Source: Vulcanimicrobiota bacterium (lineage in GTDB: Bacteria > Vulcanimicrobiota > Vulcanimicrobiia > Vulcanimicrobiales > Vulcanimicrobiaceae). Taken from it: a stretch of DNA of 64,000 nt. Position 1 is the first letter of the stretch. The number at the start of each line of letters is the position of its first letter. A program made the position numbers and the translations under genes. Of the stretch, positions 57,196-64,000 are shown in pieces. Below the pieces are notes generated by a model. It worked only from the letters and a program-made list of their open reading frames with translations. It searched no databases and was not told where the DNA came from. The DNA lies in contig CAWCIZ010000002.1 of assembly GCA_963795855.1 (NCBI GenBank), forward strand, positions 224,001-288,000. Reading direction: 5' to 3'.

Positions 57196-59088
57196 TCAGC
57201 CGCCGTTCAGGTCGAGAATCACTTCGGTGGCGAGTGCAATGATAAATCCGCAGGCCAGCGCGGACGTCACGAGCGGGTTGATGCCGGTGCGCCGCAGCAC
57301 GCTCCACAATTCGCCGATCACGAATACGAGCGCGCCGATCGCGGTCGCGAGGAACAGCACGGAAAGCACGGGCGAGTGCAGCGCGTACCCGATAATCGTT
57401 CCAAGGAACGTCGGGCCGCCCGCGACGACACCGGCCAACGCGAGAATGCGCCACCTCGGAACGACGCGTCCGGCGAGCGGCGCCGCAATGCCGAACCCTT
57501 CGGTCGTATTGTGCAGACCGAAGCCCACGATGAGTCCGATGGCGATCGCCGTCGCACCAGACGCTGCGGACGCGCCGATTGCAAGACCTTCGGCGAAGTT
57601 GTGCGCGCCGATCCCGATCGCGATCACCGCGGCAAGGACGTACGGATCCTGCGCTTGCGCCGCGGCACGTTTTGCCATGCGCGTCGCCAGAGCGCCCAAC
57701 CCCACCAATCCCAAAAATAATCCGCCGGCATACGCAACCGCGAGCCACAGCGCGCCGGCGACAGCACCACCCGCATGCCACTGTTCTACGGCGCGCACCA
57801 GCGGAGTTGTCGCATTTCCCGCGATCTCGACGACCAAGTAGACGAGGATACCGATGGCGACGGCGTTCAGCACGCCAATCGTGGTCGGCGAGATGTTGCG
57901 CATGCGCGCGATCGGCAAACCCAGCAGAATCGTGAAACCGGCAATGGCGCCCAGCACGATCGTCCACCCGAACGACAAAGGGCCGCGGCTCGCGCTTCCA
58001 AAACTCGGCAGCATCGAGCGCATCGCCGCATTCATCGCCCCGGCGCGATTCGGCGTTCCTTCGTAATGAATCGTCGTGATGAGGCCGTCCGGCATGCCCT
58101 GATTGTCTTCCGTGTGATCGAGCACATGACAGTGCACGAGCCAATTCCCGGGCGCTTGATTCGCATCCACGATGACGTCCGCGCGCTGTCCCGGGCCGAG
58201 CGAGACCGTGTCTTCGACGTCCGGCTGCGCGACCGGCTGCGCGTCGCGCGCGATGACGCGCTGGTAATGCCCGTGCGTGTGCATCGTGTGAAAGTTCTCG
58301 CCGGAGATGTTGATCCACCGGATTCGGACGCGCTGTCCTTCGCGCACGGTGATGGGCGCAGTCGCGGGGTATTCCTTGCCGTTGATCGTGAAGTGGTTTT
58401 CACTCAGGCTTTGAATCGTCCAAGAAGAAAGCACTTCGACGTAGTCGCGGTCCGCGCGTTCGACAGGAGCGGGATGAGCGGGAAGCACGACCAGCGCGCC
58501 ATACAAGCCGCTGTTCACCATCTCTTCGTTATCGTGCGTGTGATACATGAACGTGCCGGGAACGTTTGCGGTGAATTCGTAGCGGTAGCTGCCGCCCTTC
58601 ACCACCATGGGCTGTGAAATTCCGCCGACGCCGTCCATGCTGACCGGAATGCCGTGTATGCCGTGGAGATGCAACGTGTCGGGCACGCTTTGATCGTTGC
58701 GATAGTCGATCACGACGCGATCGCCCTGATGCACGATCAGCGTCGGCCCCGGCACGACGCCGTCGTACGTCTTGGCCATCACGGTTAGGCCCGGCTGAAG
58801 CGTCCACGGTGCGTCGCGTTCGACCAAATGAAACGTCCGAGTGCGTCCGCGAATCTGCGGAACCGCCGCGAACGTGCCGTCCTCGCGTTTGACGAGGCGC
58901 GATTCACCGGGTGCCGGCGTAACGGCCGGGATGGCTCCGCGAAGCGGCTGAAGGCCAACGGTCGCCGGATTCACGCCCTGGGTGGTTTCGTCCGTGTCCG
59001 CCGTTGCGCGGGGCGGAAGCAGGGCTGCACCGAGCAGCAAGAGGGCCGCCACGAGGACATAGGCATGGCGAACTAATGACTTCGGCAC
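57196..59088 (-). CDS. Two-domain multicopper oxidase fused to a ZIP-family metal transporter
   Basis: Signal peptide; HLHG, YHTH, HTMHTHGH, HCHVLDH; then eight TM-like segments with HNFAEG and HNTTEG, all in one ORF. Confidence 0.85.
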   Translation of the reverse strand: MPKSLVRHAYVLVAALLLLGAALLPPRATADTDETTQGVNPATVGLQPLRGAIPAVTPAPGESRLVKREDGTFAAVPQIRGRTRTFHLVERDAPWTLQPGLTVMAKTYDGVVPGPTLIVHQGDRVVIDYRNDQSVPDTLHLHGIHGIPVSMDGVGGISQPMVVKGGSYRYEFTANVPGTFMYHTHDNEEMVNSGLYGALVVLPAHPAPVERADRDYVEVLSSWTIQSLSENHFTINGKEYPATAPITVREGQRVRIRWINISGENFHTMHTHGHYQRVIARDAQPVAQPDVEDTVSLGPGQRADVIVDANQAPGNWLVHCHVLDHTEDNQGMPDGLITTIHYEGTPNRAGAMNAAMRSMLPSFGSASRGPLSFGWTIVLGAIAGFTILLGLPIARMRNISPTTIGVLNAVAIGILVYLVVEIAGNATTPLVRAVEQWHAGGAVAGALWLAVAYAGGLFLGLVGLGALATRMAKRAAAQAQDPYVLAAVIAIGIGAHNFAEGLAIGASAASGATAIAIGLIVGFGLHNTTEGFGIAAPLAGRVVPRWRILALAGVVAGGPTFLGTIIGYALHSPVLSVLFLATAIGALVFVIGELWSVLRRTGINPLVTSALACGFIIALATEVILDLNGG

Positions 59089-59171
59089 GCCTAACGGTTC
59101 ACCGGTTCTGCAGTTTCGCCTGCGGCTTTCTTGCTTACATCCGTGCGCGCGCCGGGAACACCTTGAACCTG

Positions 59172-60185
59172 ATGGCTAGCAACAACAAATCCGAAGTGGT
59201 CGTAATTACCGGCGCATCCGGCGGCATCGGCCGCGCAACGGTTCGCGAGTTTGCAAAACACGGAGCGCGTCTCGCACTGGTCGCGCGGGGCGAAGACGGC
59301 CTGGAGGCCGCGCGGCGCGAGGCGGAAGAACTCGGCGCGACCGCAATTGCGATTCCCACCGACGTCGCGAATGACGAAGAGGTCGAACGCGCCGCCGCGC
59401 GCGCCGAAAACGCACTGGGCCCCATCGACATTTGGGTGAACGTCGCCTTCACGAACGTGTTTTCCGAATTCTGGGACGTCACGCCGGAGGAATGGCGCCG
59501 TCTCACCGACGTCACGTACCTTGGCTACGTCTGGGGAACGATGGCGGCGATGAAACGGATGCGTCCGCGCGATCGCGGAACGATCGTGCAGGTCGGATCG
59601 GCGCTTTGCTACCGCAGCATTCCGCTGCAGTCGCCCTACTGCGGCGCGAAATCCGCGATCCGCGGATTCACGGACTCGATCCGCTGCGAACTGATCCATC
59701 ACCACAGCAAGATCAAACTTACGATGGTGCAGATGCCGGCAGTCAACACGCCGCAGTTCACCTGGAACCGCGTGAAAAGCGGACTCAACCACCCGCAGCC
59801 GCTGCCGCCGATCTTTCAACCGGAAGTCGCGGGCCGAGCCGTGTATTGGGCCGCGCACAAAACGCCGCGCGAGATGTGGGTCGGCATGTCTTCGGTGATC
59901 GCGATTCTCGTGCAGAAATTCGCGCCGCGCGTCGCCGATCTGTACTTGGCGATGACCGGATATAAGTCGCAGCAAACGCCGCAGCCGACCTCCGCCGACC
60001 GCCCCGACAATCTCTATCAGCCGGCAGACAGCACCAAGGATTTCGGCGCGCACGGCGAGTTCGACGACAAGGCCAAGCCGCGCAGTTGGGAAACGGAATT
60101 GATCATGAATCGACAGTGGCTGCTCGCGGGCATCGGTCTCGCCGGCGCCGCCGCCGTAACCACGGCAATTCGTCGCAGGCAGTAA
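59172..60185 (+). CDS. SDR-family oxidoreductase
   Basis: TGASGGIG, YCGAK, PAVNTPQF, PPIFQPE. Confidence 0.9.
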   Translation: MASNNKSEVVVITGASGGIGRATVREFAKHGARLALVARGEDGLEAARREAEELGATAIAIPTDVANDEEVERAAARAENALGPIDIWVNVAFTNVFSEFWDVTPEEWRRLTDVTYLGYVWGTMAAMKRMRPRDRGTIVQVGSALCYRSIPLQSPYCGAKSAIRGFTDSIRCELIHHHSKIKLTMVQMPAVNTPQFTWNRVKSGLNHPQPLPPIFQPEVAGRAVYWAAHKTPREMWVGMSSVIAILVQKFAPRVADLYLAMTGYKSQQTPQPTSADRPDNLYQPADSTKDFGAHGEFDDKAKPRSWETELIMNRQWLLAGIGLAGAAAVTTAIRRRQ

Positions 60186-60292
60186 CGCAGCGCGTACCTT
60201 AACGACCGCACCCGTGCATCTTTCAGCACGGGGCGCGGCCGTTCGCTGCGCGGGCAGGATACACGCAATTCGAACTTTGACTAAGAGCATGG

Positions 60293-61792
60293 ATGGCTAA
60301 TCCGTTTCGCGCGCGGCACGACGCGCCGGTAGCGCTCATCACGATCACGGTAATGCTGGGCCTCATCATGGCGATTATCGATGCGACAATCGTCAACGTT
60401 GCGCTCAACGACATTGCCGGGAATCTGGGCGCGTCGATCGATGAAGTCTCGTGGGTGGCGACGGGCTACATTTTGGCGAGCGTCATCACCATGCCGCTCA
60501 ACGGGTGGCTGACGGCGTATTTCGGGCGCAAGAATTTTTATGCCGGATGTTTGGCCGTCTTCACGATCGCGTCGTTTCTGTGCGGAACGGCGCACAGCAT
60601 TTGGCAGCTCGTCTTCTATCGCGTCCTGCAAGGCTTCGGCGGCGGCGCGCTGCAGCCGACCGCGCAGGCGATCCTTTTCGAAACGTATCCGCCCGCGAAG
60701 CGCGGCGCCGCGATGGCGATTTTCGGTCTGGGTGCGATGGTCGGGCCCGCCGTCGGACCCACGCTCGGCGGCTACATCATCGACAATTTCTCGTGGCCGC
60801 TGATCTTCTACATCAATTTGCCGATCGGCATCGTCGCATTCCTCATGACGCTGATGTTCATTCCGAATCCGCGATTCTTGCAGAAGCCGAAAGGCGGTAT
60901 CGATTGGGGCGGGCTCGCGCTGCTCTCGGCGGGATTGGCCTCGCTGCAGTACGTGCTCGAGCGCGGACAGCACGACGACTGGTACCAATCGGACACGATT
61001 TGGCTGCTGACGATAGTGTCAGTCGTCGGATTAGCGTGGTTCATGGTGAAGGCACTGCGCGACCGCCATCCGCTCGTCGATCTCAACGTCTTCCGGTTTC
61101 GCACGTTTACCATCGGCAACATCATCGGTGCGATCAGCGGCTTCGGCTTGTTCGGCACGAGTTTGGTTTTGCCGTTGTTTTTTCAAACGGTTTTGGGCTT
61201 CACGGCCTTCGATACGGGCCTCGCGTTGCTGCCGGGTGCGATTGCTACGGCGATCAGCATGCTTATCGTTGGCCGCCTCACCGGTAAAATGGATCCGCGC
61301 CTTCTGGTGGGATTCGGTATGATCGTCTTCGGCATTTCGACGTGGTGGATGGGATCGCTCAACGAACATGCGGGATATTGGGACGTCTTTTGGCCGCGTT
61401 TGGTGCAAGGCTTCGGGCTGGGATTTCTTTTCGTCCCGCTCTCGACCGTCACGCTGGGCGCCGTGCCGAAGGAAGAACTCGCCGGCGCGAGCGGCATCTC
61501 CGCGCTTCTGCGGCAACTCGGCGGAAGTCTGGGCATCGCCGTGCTGACGACGCTGCTTGCGCGGGAAGCGGCGATCGCGCAGAGCGAACTTGCTTCCGGC
61601 GTGACGCAGACGCACGGTTATCCGCTCTCGGTGCTCAATCAGCTCGTCGGCGTCGCGTCGCAGGTGATCAGTTACGATTACCTGTTCCGCGTGTCCGCGA
61701 TCATCTTCTTCATCTCCGCGCCGCTCGTCATCTTCATGCGTCCATCGCGCCGAAGCGGCGCCGTCGCCGCGATGCCCGCTGCCGCGGATTAG
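60293..61792 (+). CDS. DHA2 (EmrB/QacA) MFS efflux transporter
   Basis: DATIVNVAL, WVATGY, FGRK, RVLQGFGGG, GPTLGG, FYINLPIG; 14-TM layout. Confidence 0.92.
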   Translation: MANPFRARHDAPVALITITVMLGLIMAIIDATIVNVALNDIAGNLGASIDEVSWVATGYILASVITMPLNGWLTAYFGRKNFYAGCLAVFTIASFLCGTAHSIWQLVFYRVLQGFGGGALQPTAQAILFETYPPAKRGAAMAIFGLGAMVGPAVGPTLGGYIIDNFSWPLIFYINLPIGIVAFLMTLMFIPNPRFLQKPKGGIDWGGLALLSAGLASLQYVLERGQHDDWYQSDTIWLLTIVSVVGLAWFMVKALRDRHPLVDLNVFRFRTFTIGNIIGAISGFGLFGTSLVLPLFFQTVLGFTAFDTGLALLPGAIATAISMLIVGRLTGKMDPRLLVGFGMIVFGISTWWMGSLNEHAGYWDVFWPRLVQGFGLGFLFVPLSTVTLGAVPKEELAGASGISALLRQLGGSLGIAVLTTLLAREAAIAQSELASGVTQTHGYPLSVLNQLVGVASQVISYDYLFRVSAIIFFISAPLVIFMRPSRRSGAVAAMPAAAD

Positions 61793-61832
61793 CCGCGCGA
61801 GCAGCGCGGGCATAATCGCAGTTAGCGTTAAG

Positions 61833-62159
61833 ATGGGTACATGCGTACTCCATGGGACGTGCGTGGAGGGAAAGGCAGTGACATTGACCGTGTACGGCGT
61901 CGTCGTTCCGCCGTTGAAGCCGGGCATCGCCTTCGCCCATTCTCCGGACGGCAGGTGCGTGCAGTTCAGCGGCGATCGCGCGCAGATGATCGAGTATCTG
62001 CGCTCGCGTGAAGCGAAGCGGTTTGAGCGGCGGGCCGCCCGTCATCGTCGACTCGGCCGAATGGCTCGACGTTACGACGGTCGATCGCTCGAGTTGCCCG
62101 GAGTGCACGAGCGCCGCCTAATAGCGCCGCTTCACCGAATCTTTTCGCGTCACCGCTAG
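61833..62159 (+). CDS. Hypothetical protein (start uncertain)
   Basis: Non-overlapping ORF with a GGAGG internal to its 5' part; no recognisable motif. Confidence 0.35.
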   Translation: MGTCVLHGTCVEGKAVTLTVYGVVVPPLKPGIAFAHSPDGRCVQFSGDRAQMIEYLRSREAKRFERRAARHRRLGRMARRYDGRSLELPGVHERRLIAPLHRIFSRHR

Positions 62160-62243
62160 TACCGCGCAAGCGCGTGCAGAACGCGAACCGCATAGTAAGC
62201 GTTCTCTCTATGAGGACGCAATTTGCGTGCTCGGCTTGCGGTG

Positions 62244-63769
62244 ATGACTCTGGTAAACACGTACAAAAACCCCGTACATCGAGGGGATTCTCCGGACCCC
62301 TCGGTTATTCGCGTCGGCGAAAGGGATTTTTGGGCTACGACGACGTCGACCGATTGGGCACCGCAGTTTCCGCTGCTGCACTCCAACGATTTGGTGCACT
62401 GGCGGCAAGCCGGCGCCGTATTTCCACAGCCGCCGTCGTGGGCGGCCGGGAAGTTCTGGGCGCCGGAGATTTCGTACCATAACGGCACGTTTTTCGTGTA
62501 TTACGTCGCGCAGCATCGCCATGGCCCGCTCACGATCGGCGTGGCGACGGCGACGCAGCTCGCGGACCATACGTCGATCACGAACCGCTGATCGGTCAGA
62601 CGTCCGGTTCGATCGATCCGACCGCAGTTACCGGCGACGACGGGCGGCGGTATCTCGTCTGGAAAGAAGACGGGAACAGCCGCGGCTTACCCACCACGAT
62701 TTGGATCCAGCAGCTGAGCCAGGACGGGCTTTCGCTGGTCGGCGAAGCGCGATCGATCCTTTCGAACGACACACCGTGGGAAGGCCACGTCGTCGAAGCG
62801 CCGAGCATCATCAAACACGGCGAGTTCTTTTATCTGTTTTACTCGGGCAATTCGTGCTGCGGCCTCACCTGCAAGTACGCCGTCGGCGTCGCACGCGCGC
62901 GCTGCGTCACCGGCCCATGGCAAAAATATGCGCGCAATCCAATCCTGAAGAGCAATGCATCCTGGCGTTGTCCGGGACACGGCAGCGCGGTAGATGCTGC
63001 CGACGGGCGCACGTTCTATCTCTACCATGCATATGCGAAGCGCGACTCGATTTTCGTAGGGCGACAAACGTTGCTGGATGAGATTCGATGGACCGCCGAC
63101 GGATGGCCGCAAATCAACGGCGGGAAGGGCCCCAGCAGTGAGGCGCCGCGGCCGTTCTCCGGCAAACGCAGCCTGCTGCGGCGGCTAATCTTGCGTCCAA
63201 CTGCGGGCGCGTGGCAGTGGCCGCATGCATACCCGGCGCATGTGCGCTTTCGTGGCGGATGGCCCGGCTCTGTGGTGCTGGGTCCACCTGCTGCCGGTGC
63301 ACCCGGCGACATACTCGGCTGCGTGATCGCGCGCTCACCGCATTTCAGCGATTACGTCGCGGAAACGGCGCTCGACGCAGCAAAATTGATGCCCGAAACG
63401 GAGGCCGGTCTGTGCGCGTTCGGCGATCGCGAGAATGCGGTGGGGCTTAGCTACAGCGCAGGCAAGCTGCGCGTTTGGCAGCGTGTACGCGGCAAGCATC
63501 ATGTTCTGGTCGAGATACTACACAACGCTTCGGGCGTTCTGCGACTGCGCATGCGTGCGCGCCGCGGGTACTACTTCACGTTTGAAACGTACACCGAACG
63601 CGGGTGGGTCGCTATTCGCACCGCTCCACTGCGCGCCGCATACCTTCCGCCGTGGGACCGCGGCGTTCGCGTTGCGCTTACCGCGGGCGGCGGCCCGCAG
63701 GCCAAAGCGGAGTTTCGGTATCTGCGCATACACAAGTGCTCCGAGAAACGGGAGATGAAGTCAGCTTGA
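62244..63769 (+). CDS. Glycoside hydrolase family 43 (indel near 62560)
   Basis: NPV...PDPSV, SNDLVHW, WAPEI; shifted frame open from 62564: GPYVD, SIDP, WKEDGN, VEAP, YAVGVAR, NPIL, PGHGS, YHAY, continuing into the 63071 ORF. Confidence 0.88.
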
Positions 63770-63866
63770 ACTGTTGAAGCGCGGCAGTGCGCGGCATCGG
63801 AAGTTTTATTCATAATTGCTACGGGAACATCAGCGCCAGTCCGACCGGCGAAAGGAGTGGTGTTCG

Positions 63867-64000
63867 ATGAGGTTCCCGCCCGATGCCCCTATCGTTTGCT
63901 TCTCCCACCTTCGATGGAACTTCGTGTTCCAACGCCCGCAGCACGTTCTCTCACGCCTCTCCGCGTCGCGCGAGGTCTTTTACGTCGAAGAGCCGGTCTT
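63867..64000 (+). CDS. Glycosyltransferase N-terminus (runs off window)
   Basis: AAAGGAG RBS; IVCFSHLRWNFVFQRPQHVLSRL..VFYVEEP. Confidence 0.75.
   Translation, partial: MRFPPDAPIVCFSHLRWNFVFQRPQHVLSRLSASREVFYVEEPV

Overview
A 64 kb, gene-dense, GC-rich chromosomal segment from a diderm Terrabacteria-type bacterium. The RpoB/RpoC style, a TonB-dependent receptor and many short secreted orphan proteins suggest Eremiobacterota (WPS-2)/Armatimonadota-like organisms; this is inference, not a search result. I found no rRNA, tRNA, CRISPR array or mobile element. The sequence carries many single-base indels, including two in the essential rpoB, so most broken genes are probably assembly errors. Main contents: (1) an aroF-aroA-aroH-tyrA operon preceded by an unannotated 28-aa Phe/Tyr/Trp-rich leader peptide with terminator and antiterminator, i.e. 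a ribosome-dependent attenuator; (2) selenoneine-type senB and senA genes overlapping head-to-head, with a Cys-motif permease and no senC/selD in the window; (3) rpoB and rpoC separated by about 15.6 kb, each with its own promoter and terminator, and RpoB with a long acidic tail; (4) a two-domain multicopper oxidase fused to a ZIP metal transporter, sharing a putative ECF promoter with a cupredoxin-phosphoesterase-ECF sigma-anti-sigma operon; (5) a TM0106-type nuclease-helicase, a SNF2 ATPase, a SABATH-type methyltransferase, a PQQ-cytochrome c dehydrogenase, transporters, stress genes and several tiny membrane ORFs missed by the ORF track.
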